Positions 39,205 to 48,426 of a stretch of DNA of 64,000 bases are shown one piece after another. Position 1 is the stretch's first letter. Each line of letters opens with the position of its first letter. A model generated the notes under the pieces. The model was not told the DNA's origin. It did no database searches and saw only the letters and a program-made list of their open reading frames with translations. Source of the stretch: an uncultured virus (IMG/VR IMGVR_UViG_3300042257_000233) (Duplodnaviria; Heunggongvirae; Uroviricota; Caudoviricetes); the IMG/VR virus record IMGVR_UViG_3300042257_000233; one strand, given 5' to 3'. The position numbers and the translations under genes were made by a program.

Positions 39205-39839
39205 CAGTCCTCCCTGGCGTTAATTTGCGGGATCTCGTACATGCGAGCCACCGCGTCTTGCATTTCATCCAATTCCTCACGCAGCAGCCCGATATAGCGC
39301 AGCGTGGTGCTTTGCTTGGTGTGGCCGTACCACTCCATCAATTTGACGATGTCAAATTTCGGATTTTTGGAGTTATCTATCAAGACCCGGCCAAAGGTCT
39401 TGCGCAGCGAGTGCGGCGAGATGTGACTTTTAGTGTCGCGGTTGTATTGCTGAAATATCCGCCACACATTTGTGCGGTCTACGGGCCGCATGCCTTTGGT
39501 GTCTTTGTGCGATGGAAACAGGGGCATCCCTGTTTTGATTTTATTGCGGCGGACGTATTCCTTTATCTCGCCGCGGATGCTGTCCTGCACCTTGAAGGTA
39601 AACATCTTGCCGGTTTTGCCCTGCTTCACCTTCACGTACTCCTTAAATCGCAGAGTCCGGTTCTCTTCGCTGTGAAACACATCTTCATAGCGAAGGCGCA
39701 GCACGTCGCCGATGCGCATTGCGCAGTGCGAAGCGAACAAGATGATTGCCCGGTTGCGGCCTGTTTTGTCCATTTCGCCAGCCCAGGCCAGCAGTAGCCT
39801 GAGCTGTTTGGGTGTGAGCGGGTAGGTCGTTGCTCCCAT
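39204..39839 (-). CDS. tyrosine recombinase 2 (catalytic domain only)
   Basis: MRIGD, KTGK, HSLRKTFG, YGH, TLRYIG. Confidence 0.92.
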   Translation of the reverse strand: MGATTYPLTPKQLRLLLAWAGEMDKTGRNRAIILFASHCAMRIGDVLRLRYEDVFHSEENRTLRFKEYVKVKQGKTGKMFTFKVQDSIRGEIKEYVRRNKIKTGMPLFPSHKDTKGMRPVDRTNVWRIFQQYNRDTKSHISPHSLRKTFGRVLIDNSKNPKFDIVKLMEWYGHTKQSTTLRYIGLLREELDEMQDAVARMYEIPQINARED

Positions 39840-40154
39840 TTATGCCTCCTTGTAGAAGTCGAGTTCAAGCCCGAAGGTTTCTTCTTCGATTTCACGTCTG
39901 GCCTGCTCTCGTGCCTGATTTTGTAGTGCTATTATTTCGTCACCGGTTTTGCCGCCGGTCTGGATGCAGGCCAGCTTTTGCCGGGTGCGGTCTTTAAGTT
40001 CGCGGGCGGGCAAGTGCCTGCTCGGAGTGGTTTGGGGTGTGGTGTCCCATATCTCGATCTGGGTTGCTGTCTGGTTATGCTTACGCCACCGTGCAGCCTG
40101 GGGTGTGTCCAGCTCTGGGATTATCCCAGAGCTGAGTTGTTCATCTGTTTGCAT
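39840..40154 (-). CDS. stand-alone homologue of an internal segment of the giant virion protein
   Basis: Shares EQL..G.IPELD and IQTGGKTGDEI.ALQ..AR..ARRE.EE with the 19896-20201 translation. Confidence 0.8.
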   Translation of the reverse strand: MQTDEQLSSGIIPELDTPQAARWRKHNQTATQIEIWDTTPQTTPSRHLPARELKDRTRQKLACIQTGGKTGDEIIALQNQAREQARREIEEETFGLELDFYKEA

Positions 40155-40156
40155 AA

Positions 40157-40471
40157 TCAGTCCTCCACCCTGTCATGAAGTGGGATCGGGTATCTTGAAA
40201 TATCGGTAAAACGTGAATCGCATGTGTAGATGAACGTGCCACCCATCATCCCCCGTTTACCTTTTATCTCGATAGGTTTAGCATAAATGTAATCTACACC
40301 ATTGAACGTCCTGGTGTGAATGGTTACTGCTGGTGCGTCTTCTGTTGGTTCATAAAACTGCGGTAAACGCCTGTCTATAATTGTAACTTGGTTTACTTTT
40401 GAACTGACTCCATTCTTAGATCCATCTCCAAGCTTGGCAGACTTGAAAATTTCAGCGATAAATCCTTTCAT
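40157..40471 (-). CDS. conserved hypothetical phage protein
   Basis: MMGGTF..TCDSRF...PIPLHDR pattern. Confidence 0.7.
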   Translation of the reverse strand: MKGFIAEIFKSAKLGDGSKNGVSSKVNQVTIIDRRLPQFYEPTEDAPAVTIHTRTFNGVDYIYAKPIEIKGKRGMMGGTFIYTCDSRFTDISRYPIPLHDRVED

Positions 40472-40752
40472 TTCTCCTCCAATTTAGCAAACGAGCTAAA
40501 GATAAAGACATCTCTGCCCGCGTCGCTTAACTTTTTGCAATAAGCGCCAAGCGCCGTAACGGGGAATCCGGTTAACGGAATCGGGTTTTCATTGCTTATA
40601 CACTTTGCGGTAAGCGTAATGCCCAGAATTTTGGCTACGGTTTTCGCATCGTCAAAAAAGGTTTCACAAAAATCACCAAGCCTTAAAAGCACCAAAGCGT
40701 TAGGGTGCTTCTCCTTAACAGTAATGAATTGCTTTGTTAATGGCGTCATCAT
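40468..40752 (-). CDS. stand-alone MutS domain I protein
   Basis: TPL.KQF..VK.KHP.ALVLLRLGDFCETF.DDA...LGITLT...GFP; ATG 40752 after AGGAG. Confidence 0.88.
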   Translation of the reverse strand: MMTPLTKQFITVKEKHPNALVLLRLGDFCETFFDDAKTVAKILGITLTAKCISNENPIPLTGFPVTALGAYCKKLSDAGRDVFIFSSFAKLEEK

Positions 40753-41244
40753 CTTCTCCTCCTTGGCCTGTTGGCCTTTTTTGTTTTCAATCACGATGCG
40801 AAACTGCAACAGCGCAACAAAACCGTCAATAAAAATCTCCAAACTGTTGCGCAAGATGAATTCTGAAAATCCACAAACCGGCTGCTGATGCGGGTTTGCA
40901 GCCACAAAAAAAAAATAAAACACTGCAACCCTGCGCAAAAATCGCAAAAATGACAAAATCCGGGGTGAAAATGAGGTGAAAAAAGGGTAATCTTAGCAGC
41001 ACGTAAGTGAACGCAGGCACCTGCACCCGCACCCGCGCAACCGCGCGCGCCCGCATGTTGCGCAGAAAAAGGCAGCAGAAAGAGGGCAGAAATCAGCACC
41101 AGCAGCGGCCTGCAGCCGGGCAGCGGTGAGGAACTGTGTTTTTTCAGGGCGGTTGATGTGAGAAAGTGCTTGACATCGTAGGCAGTAAACTACTACATAA
41201 AAGGCACTTAGATTGCGAATTTAAAAGAGTCGTACCTAAAAATT

Positions 41245-41724
41245 TTGCAAAAATCGGGGTTAAATCTAATGAATTCAATGAGTTACGATGATTCTTTGTC
41301 AATTCCGGAAAATCAGGGAAATCGGCGCTATTCTGTCGCCGACAAACTGGTCACAATCGCGTTGCTCGAAGGAGATCAGCGTGTTCACGGAGGTGAGCTC
41401 ACGCCCCGGTACACGAATGTAAGCCAACTCCTTGATGTGCCTGTTAGTACGCTGCGAAAATGGTATGCTGCGAAGGACGAACTTCGTCAACTCGCGAAGA
41501 CGCGGCAGGACAGCTTCTCTGATTACATAGCCCAGAAGCTCGAGGAGCACAGCGCCGCAATCATCGCAGAGCTGGACAGACGCGGGCTCGCATCCCTTTC
41601 CAATGCGCAGCTGATCAGCTATTTAGGAAAGTCCCTCATGTTTTCCCGCATCTTTAGAGGAAAATCGACCCAGAACGTCGCGCATCAACATGCATTCTAT
41701 ACCCCACCACCTCAGAAGAAGTGA
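41245..41724 (+). CDS. putative terminase small subunit, module B (HTH)
   Basis: RRYS..DKL...VSQLLDVPVSTLRKW HTH; upstream of TerL; start uncertain. Confidence 0.6.
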   Translation: MQKSGLNLMNSMSYDDSLSIPENQGNRRYSVADKLVTIALLEGDQRVHGGELTPRYTNVSQLLDVPVSTLRKWYAAKDELRQLAKTRQDSFSDYIAQKLEEHSAAIIAELDRRGLASLSNAQLISYLGKSLMFSRIFRGKSTQNVAHQHAFYTPPPQKK

Positions 41725-42240
41725 TTTACGCAACAGAATGTGCAGACTGTTGCGCACAACCTTTGCGCTGTAACCACAACGAACACAATAAGATAGCAGC
41801 GCAACAGCACAAGCCGAAACAGGCGGCAACAGCGCAAGAGTATCGTTTGCGCAACATTACAGCTGCGAAATCAACCGCACACCCAGGCACCCCATGCCAT
41901 CGCCGACCCACCTTTGGGGGTGCCCACCCCCCATATATATATTACACGGGCACACGGATTTTTTTTTATTAAACGCCACCTCAGACAGCAAAGCATCCAT
42001 GCCTGATCTCATGAGCGGGAGAGTTCCATGCTTTTTATGGGGAATACAGGAAACTATGCAAGGTGGAAGCATGCACCGGTTTTGCGGTAGCAAAAACGAA
42101 AAAACGTTTCGACCAAAGCGATTAAACAGATAAACTTAAAGTAACACATTAAAAAGATATTGACAAGTATCTGCAAAATAAAGTAAATAGAACCAGATGG
42201 CCGAAAGGCTGCGAAAGAGTGATAAGGCAGGTAACGAGAA

Positions 42241-43878
42241 ATGGCAGTAGAACTTACCAAAAAGCAGGAAATGCTTTTAAACGCCGACGCCGACAACGTA
42301 TTGTATGGTGGCGCCCGTGGCGGTGGTAAGTCGTTTGGAGTAGCAGCCGCAGCTGCCTTGGAGCTTGGAGAATACTATTGGGCAGAAGAAGCCCGCAAGA
42401 TAGAACTCGACGTTTCGCAGTATCGCAAAGCAGAATACGAGGACGGTAGAGTAGCATACTACCGTTATCTTATAGACTACCCCTACTACCGAGGGGTATT
42501 TATCCGGCAAACTCTTCCCGGTTTGCTTTCAATCACGCACCCCGAGTGCCGTAAAATTTTCCCGGCGCTCGGGGCTACCTTCAGTAAAGATCAGAAGATG
42601 TGGACGTTCCCTTCCGGTGCAACCCTGGAGTATCGCCCCCTTGTCACCGAAGATGACGCTGGCTTCTTCCAGGGTGGTAACTATCACCGGATGTTCTTTG
42701 AAGAGCTCACGCAGCTTAACCCGGATCTGGTAGAAATGGCGATGGCTGGCTGCCGTTCGGCAAAGCCAATAGGTGGCGGTTACCACATTAAAGCCAAACG
42801 CATAGCTACCACCAACCCCGGCAACCGGGGGCACAAATGGGTGAAAGAGACGTGGGTAGATAAATGCAAACCGGTTAATGATGGAGACCCCATCTATCTG
42901 GAAGAATTTGATCTTACCTACCAGCCGCAGAAACCGGGCAAAGTGTACACGCATCCAGAAAGCGGTGAAACCTTTCTCTTTATTCCTTCAATGGTGTTTG
43001 ACAACCCACATCTGGCAGAACACGACAAAGCATATATTCGGCAGCTCATGGGTAAAAATGAGATACTGCGCCGCATGTGGCTGTTTGGCGACTGGAGCGT
43101 ATTCGGCGGCCAGTTCTTTGATTGCTGGGATAACACCAAGCATGTGCTGGATGAGAAGGAATTCTTTGGCGCGGTTCATGACTATGAGCTGGATGATAAA
43201 CGGAAACAGTTTGATTGGACGGCTTACCGCCTGTATCTGAGCAATGACTACGGATTCGCTGAAAAATCTGCCTGGGCCTGTGGCGCTTACGCGGTGCACC
43301 AGATCACCGGTGATATTATTAAATTTGCAGAGATCGTGCGTAATAAAATGACCGTATTGCAGCAGGCTGAATATACCAAAGAATATTTTGAAAAGTACTA
43401 CGGGCTGGATGCAACCCGCGACTTTGAGCTGATCATTGCCGACCCGAAGAGTTATTGGCAGCAACGAGACAAAGCCGAAGATGACTTTTATACCTTTGAA
43501 CGGGTGTATGCTGAGCAGGAACTTTTCCTTACCAAAGGAAACAATGAGCGCATTCCCGGAGCAGAGGCAACGCAGGAAGCGTTACGCATCCGGGAAGATG
43601 GAACGCCAAAGCTGCGTATACTTAGTAACTGCGAAGACACCATCTCAACCATCCCCAACCTGCCAGCAGACAAACACAACCTTAACGACGTAGACACCAC
43701 CGTCTTTGATCACTGCTATGACGAGCAGCGCTATTTTTTAATGATGTTAAAAACATTAAACCCCAGAGTTAAACAAGATGAACGACCAAAATACAAAACC
43801 GATTTCCGCAAAGAGATGCGTGAAGCGCAAAATCTGGGCACCTACGAGGGGCGCCCCAATGAATGGAAGGTGGCATGA
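42241..43878 (+). CDS. terL: terminase large subunit, module B
   Basis: LYGGARGGGKS, FFEELTQ, TTNPG, DNPHL, DYG, DHCYDEQRY. Confidence 0.93.
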   Translation: MAVELTKKQEMLLNADADNVLYGGARGGGKSFGVAAAAALELGEYYWAEEARKIELDVSQYRKAEYEDGRVAYYRYLIDYPYYRGVFIRQTLPGLLSITHPECRKIFPALGATFSKDQKMWTFPSGATLEYRPLVTEDDAGFFQGGNYHRMFFEELTQLNPDLVEMAMAGCRSAKPIGGGYHIKAKRIATTNPGNRGHKWVKETWVDKCKPVNDGDPIYLEEFDLTYQPQKPGKVYTHPESGETFLFIPSMVFDNPHLAEHDKAYIRQLMGKNEILRRMWLFGDWSVFGGQFFDCWDNTKHVLDEKEFFGAVHDYELDDKRKQFDWTAYRLYLSNDYGFAEKSAWACGAYAVHQITGDIIKFAEIVRNKMTVLQQAEYTKEYFEKYYGLDATRDFELIIADPKSYWQQRDKAEDDFYTFERVYAEQELFLTKGNNERIPGAEATQEALRIREDGTPKLRILSNCEDTISTIPNLPADKHNLNDVDTTVFDHCYDEQRYFLMMLKTLNPRVKQDERPKYKTDFRKEMREAQNLGTYEGRPNEWKVA

Positions 43879-45722
43879 TACACGGTAAACAGTGCAAAGA
43901 CAAAGATGCGGTTGACCGGGTAAATCACCTGCGACAGGCAAGCATAGACGGCTGGGCAGAGGCAAACCAGCGCACCCGCGAAGTGCGCCGTTATGTGTGC
44001 CATAAGCCATACACGGAACGTGAACTTGCCCTTGCTGCTCAAAACAACAAACCAACCCTGCGCTATAACATGATAGTGAGCAAGGTAACCACTTTGCTGG
44101 GGCAGGAGCAGGCAAACCGCCGGGCCACCAAGATCATTGCCGACTTTGCTCAAAATCAGGAAGTCGCTGAGATTTTGCAGGCTAACTGGGAATATGTACG
44201 GGAACAGCAGGATTTGCAACGTAAACGTGGGCGCCTGCTGGTAGATGGTCTGTTTTACCAGAAGGGTGGCTACATTCGCCGGGTGATTGAGCGGGATGAT
44301 CGCGGACACCTGAGCTTTGCCTATCGCATGTATGAGCCACTTTCTGTGCATCCTGACAGTACTTTTAAAGAGCTGGATATGAGCGATTGCCGCTATGTAT
44401 GCTTTGATGACTGGATGACCATAGACCAAATACGCCAGACCTTTGGCGCTGATGTGTTTAGCTCTGAGGAAGAGGCGCAGGCATGGGAATTGGTAGATGG
44501 CACTATCTCTGCAGATACCTTTGGCAATGGCATGAAGGATGAATACAAACGTGGCGATGAATACTTGGTAGTGCAATGCGAACAGGTGGTACAGCAGCAG
44601 GCATATCTTGTGATGTATGAAGGCAGCGTGGTAAAGCTGGTGGCCGATGAGCTGAAGCAGCTTGATAAAGCTAAAGAGCAGTATACCGTGCTGGACAAAA
44701 CAACCGACAAGCGCGTGCATCTTACTACCATAATACCCGGAACCGATGATGTGGTACTGCAGGACGTTGATCTGGCTATACCATCCCGCAAGGTGAGCTG
44801 CTTCTATTGTGGCAGTTATGACTTTAACATGCCGCGCAGCGAAATACCGTCATTAGGATACTACCTCATAGATCCGCAAGATCGATTGAATAAAGGCAAG
44901 AATCAGGAAGTTGACCACTTGATGCAGGTGTTGTCGCAGCTGTGGTTCTTTGACCAGCGGGACAAAACGGCACGGGAGCAATTTCTGCGGCAGCGGGGCA
45001 ACCCGGTGATCGCCCTGGAAGTAAGCAACCTGCGAAACAAGCCACAGAAAGAGGGCAATGTAGGAGATGGTGGTGCAATTCAAACCATCCAGAACGCCAT
45101 CCAGCAGGACAACTTCTTTATTGATGAAGTGAGCAATGTAACCGACGCGATGCAGGGTAAACGCGGCAACAGCAGTGAAAGCGGGGTGCTGTTTAACCAG
45201 AAGGTAACGCAGAGCCAGAAGAGCACCAACCCATTTTACGAGATGATTGCAGCCGTGGATGAATACCTTACCCGCGACTTTTTGGAATGTGTACCATGGG
45301 TGTACTTTGAGCAAGACCGGGCATTGCCGGTGAAGATGCAGCCCAGCGGAGAATTGGGGTATGAGATGGTAAACCTGAACGTGAATGGCGGCACCATCCG
45401 TGACCTGCGCCAATTTGCAGGACGCGCCGTGCTGGAAGATGCAGCGAGCACACCAAACCGCATAGAAGAAGCCTTTAACCAGAATATCGCTCTGGTGCAG
45501 ATGATGATAAACAGCGGCTTTAATGCCGAGCAGATACCCTGGGATTTGATAATAGCTCACAGCCCACTGCGTGATCGTGATAAGTGGACTAAGCGTTTGC
45601 AGCAGGCACAGCAGCAATTGGCTGAGCAAAACGCAAATGCCGAAGCAATGAACGAATTCAGCCAGATGGCAACGCTGGCACAACAGGTAGCAAACCAAGA
45701 ACCAACGGAGGAAACCGGATGA
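43875..45722 (+). CDS. portal protein, module B
   Basis: PQDRLNK; GNSSESGVLFNQK; follows TerL. Confidence 0.85.
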   Translation: MIHGKQCKDKDAVDRVNHLRQASIDGWAEANQRTREVRRYVCHKPYTERELALAAQNNKPTLRYNMIVSKVTTLLGQEQANRRATKIIADFAQNQEVAEILQANWEYVREQQDLQRKRGRLLVDGLFYQKGGYIRRVIERDDRGHLSFAYRMYEPLSVHPDSTFKELDMSDCRYVCFDDWMTIDQIRQTFGADVFSSEEEAQAWELVDGTISADTFGNGMKDEYKRGDEYLVVQCEQVVQQQAYLVMYEGSVVKLVADELKQLDKAKEQYTVLDKTTDKRVHLTTIIPGTDDVVLQDVDLAIPSRKVSCFYCGSYDFNMPRSEIPSLGYYLIDPQDRLNKGKNQEVDHLMQVLSQLWFFDQRDKTAREQFLRQRGNPVIALEVSNLRNKPQKEGNVGDGGAIQTIQNAIQQDNFFIDEVSNVTDAMQGKRGNSSESGVLFNQKVTQSQKSTNPFYEMIAAVDEYLTRDFLECVPWVYFEQDRALPVKMQPSGELGYEMVNLNVNGGTIRDLRQFAGRAVLEDAASTPNRIEEAFNQNIALVQMMINSGFNAEQIPWDLIIAHSPLRDRDKWTKRLQQAQQQLAEQNANAEAMNEFSQMATLAQQVANQEPTEETG

Positions 45723-46630
45723 TTAACCTTTTGAGAATGCTGGAAAACCAGCGAACCATGAACGAAGAGATAACGCTTGAAGGTGGCGGCTCACCAGATG
45801 CAGGCGGAGGCGCAGGCCCAGACGTAAGTACCGGCCCCGAGGGACAACCGGGAATCAGTGATCTGGCGGATGGACAACCTGAGTACTCACCAGGGTTTCT
45901 GGCGAAGATCGAGGGTAAAGGCTCAGAAGACCTTACCCGCATGCTGCACGAAAGCGAAAAGACCATAGGACAGCTGCGTAACAAAGTTGACGCTCTCAAA
46001 CCAACTGTCCGTACACCTCAGAGCGTAAAAACCGAGATTTCTTCTCTGGCAAAAAAGATGGATACCCTCAAACAGCAGATGGAAGAGCTTGATCCTTCGC
46101 TGGATGCCGAAGCCTACAGCAGCAAGCGCAAAGAACTGCGGAAGCTGGAACAGAGCATGAGCACCAAGCGCGAAGAGTATGAAACCCTACGCTTGGACAG
46201 TCTGGTAACTGCCAAACTGAATGCAGAGCACAATACGCAGTTTGCCGCTGAAAACCGCAACCGGGTAGCAACCGAAATGGGACTGAGATTTACCGACGAA
46301 CAATGGGCTGACGTGGTGGAAGCCGCTCAGCAATTCAGTAACGGAAAACTCACTCAGGAAGATGTGGATGCTGCTCTGTTGAAAACCGTAGGCGCTGCGG
46401 CATACAACAAAGCTCTCACCACTCAGGCAGAGCAGAAGATGCGCTCTGATCTGGAAGCAGCTCGTCGTGGTGAACAGTACCACTTGGGCGGAGATCGTGG
46501 TGGTGGTGTAGATACATCCATCCCCTACGACCAGATGAACGCATCGCAGCAAGCACAGTACATCCGTGGATTGTCTGACGAAGAATTTAAGGCACACTTG
46601 AAGAAGTACAACCCAACTCTACGCTATTAA
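45719..46630 (+). CDS. putative scaffolding protein, module B
   Basis: GKGSEDLTRM..ESEKTIGQLR pattern; coiled coil. Confidence 0.7.
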   Translation: MINLLRMLENQRTMNEEITLEGGGSPDAGGGAGPDVSTGPEGQPGISDLADGQPEYSPGFLAKIEGKGSEDLTRMLHESEKTIGQLRNKVDALKPTVRTPQSVKTEISSLAKKMDTLKQQMEELDPSLDAEAYSSKRKELRKLEQSMSTKREEYETLRLDSLVTAKLNAEHNTQFAAENRNRVATEMGLRFTDEQWADVVEAAQQFSNGKLTQEDVDAALLKTVGAAAYNKALTTQAEQKMRSDLEAARRGEQYHLGGDRGGGVDTSIPYDQMNASQQAQYIRGLSDEEFKAHLKKYNPTLRY

Positions 46631-46648
46631 GCAACATAAGGAGGCGTA

Positions 46649-47965
46649 ATGCCTGGCGTACAAACTCAACACAGTGATACTCATCTTTTCCCGGCTCACG
46701 ATGCAACAGTGGAACGGTTGATTGAGCATGATCTGTTTTTCGCCAACTTTGTGGAAGACATTAAGGGCGATTTGAGACAGCACAATGATGGGCAGGTCTC
46801 ATACGTTCCGGTGGCGATACCCAACAGTATCGTTACAAAGATGGACACCAAAGTGGGCAACAAAGAGCTCTATGGGGAATTTCCCCTGCAGAAGGATCTG
46901 AACGGTGATTTTGAATACGGTGATCAGCTTTTTGAAGACACCGGTGAATCACTCGAATATGTGTGGCGTCGTATCTATGTGAACCAGGCGGGTAAAACCG
47001 TAGCTGGTGCCAAAGGTACCATGAGCGACATGCGAGATGCGAACATCCTGAAGAAAAACCTGAAAGCGTTGTATGAGATGCATACTCCTGCTTTGCAAAA
47101 GTTCTTCTCTTCCCGCAAGAATGCAAACTTCGTTGGTGCTCTTTATGACGGGAACAGCCCCAACGTAACCACTGGCCTGAACGACTCGCCAAATGGTGTG
47201 GGCGCTGTGCGCGTATACCACCCTAACATCTACGTAAACACCGTTGACGCAACATCTGGTGGTACGCTCACCCCGGTAGGTACCGAAGGGTACAGTAAGA
47301 CTGCGGCAGAGATGACCACAGCCCTGAACACCAACTACAGCGACATGGATCCCATTAATGACAAGTTCATCGACGTGATGGCGATCAAATGCAGTGAGCT
47401 TAACATTCAGAAGGCGGTTGAAATTGGCGGCATCTGGTACTGGGTAGCCGTAATAGACCGCAAAACCAAGGCACTGATGAACTGGAGCAGCGAGCTGAAA
47501 GCTACCATCAGAGCCGCTGAAACTGGCAATGGGCCGAAGGGAATATTGTTTGGACAGCTGAATTTCATTTATGGCGAATTCCTGTGGGTGGTAGACGACT
47601 ATCTGCCCCGTGCATGGAACAACGACACTCTTAACTTTGAAGGTACCCTCAGCTATTACGGCAAACCAACCTTTGCTACAGGCAAAGACAACTCGCCGGT
47701 AGTAGTGCTGGGTGGTGGAGCACTCGGCTATTTGAACTCGGTACCATACCACACTCGTTTCCGTGACTTTAACTTTGGCTTGAACAGTGAGTATCTGGCG
47801 CTGAACACCTTTGGTGTATCTCGTGGTGAATATGTGAGCGACGCTAACGCAGCTACATATTATGCTACTGGTAATGCAACCACTACCACCCTGGCTACCG
47901 CCGTTGAAGTTACCAACTTCACGTCTGCGCTGTTCTACCATGACAACGGTCTGACCGTATCATAG
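46649..47965 (+). CDS. major capsid protein, module B (N4 gp56/DUF4043-like)
   Basis: GDQLFEDTGESL...IYVNQ...GTMSDMR; synteny; no visible similarity to the module A capsid. Confidence 0.75.
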   Translation: MPGVQTQHSDTHLFPAHDATVERLIEHDLFFANFVEDIKGDLRQHNDGQVSYVPVAIPNSIVTKMDTKVGNKELYGEFPLQKDLNGDFEYGDQLFEDTGESLEYVWRRIYVNQAGKTVAGAKGTMSDMRDANILKKNLKALYEMHTPALQKFFSSRKNANFVGALYDGNSPNVTTGLNDSPNGVGAVRVYHPNIYVNTVDATSGGTLTPVGTEGYSKTAAEMTTALNTNYSDMDPINDKFIDVMAIKCSELNIQKAVEIGGIWYWVAVIDRKTKALMNWSSELKATIRAAETGNGPKGILFGQLNFIYGEFLWVVDDYLPRAWNNDTLNFEGTLSYYGKPTFATGKDNSPVVVLGGGALGYLNSVPYHTRFRDFNFGLNSEYLALNTFGVSRGEYVSDANAATYYATGNATTTTLATAVEVTNFTSALFYHDNGLTVS

Positions 47966-47976
47966 GGAGGTGATCT

Positions 47977-48351
47977 ATGCGTACAAGCGGATATGATGCA
48001 GGTAAAAACAAAAACGTACAGGTAAAGGTGATCACAGATGATTACACCTTTAACGAATATACCGACGGTGGCTACGCCTTTAGTAATAAAGGCGCCACCA
48101 GCGCAATTGAGATGATGATACCAGCGGCTAAACCAGGACGCAAATTCACGGCGTATGTAGACACGGCCTGTCCGTTCCGGCTACAGCCACAGTCGGGCGA
48201 ATACATTGCACTGCCCAGCACCGGTGCCTATGGCACTGCTGATAAATACATCAGTGCTGATGCTGCAGGTGAGCAGGTAACCCTGATTTGCCGCGAAACC
48301 GGCAAATGGTCTGTAGAGACTTACATCGGCACCTGGACAAAAGAGAGCTGA
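47977..48351 (+). CDS. putative capsid decoration protein
   Basis: Small beta protein directly after the capsid gene. Confidence 0.55.
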   Translation: MRTSGYDAGKNKNVQVKVITDDYTFNEYTDGGYAFSNKGATSAIEMMIPAAKPGRKFTAYVDTACPFRLQPQSGEYIALPSTGAYGTADKYISADAAGEQVTLICRETGKWSVETYIGTWTKES

Positions 48352-48357
48352 CCCAGG

Positions 48358-48378
48358 GGCGGGGGCAATGCCCCCGCC
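48358..48378 (+). terminator. GC hairpin after the capsid genes
   Basis: GGCGGGGGC-AAT-GCCCCCGCC then TTGCTCTT. Confidence 0.6.
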
Positions 48379-48426
48379 TTGCTCTTGAATACAATGTATG
48401 ACGCAACAATCGTGACTGGAGGCTTC

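Noticed and set aside
40753..40956. N-terminal extension of the MutS-I ORF and other ORFs in 40790-41100
   Set aside because: Low-complexity non-coding motif region; homology and RBS begin at 40752
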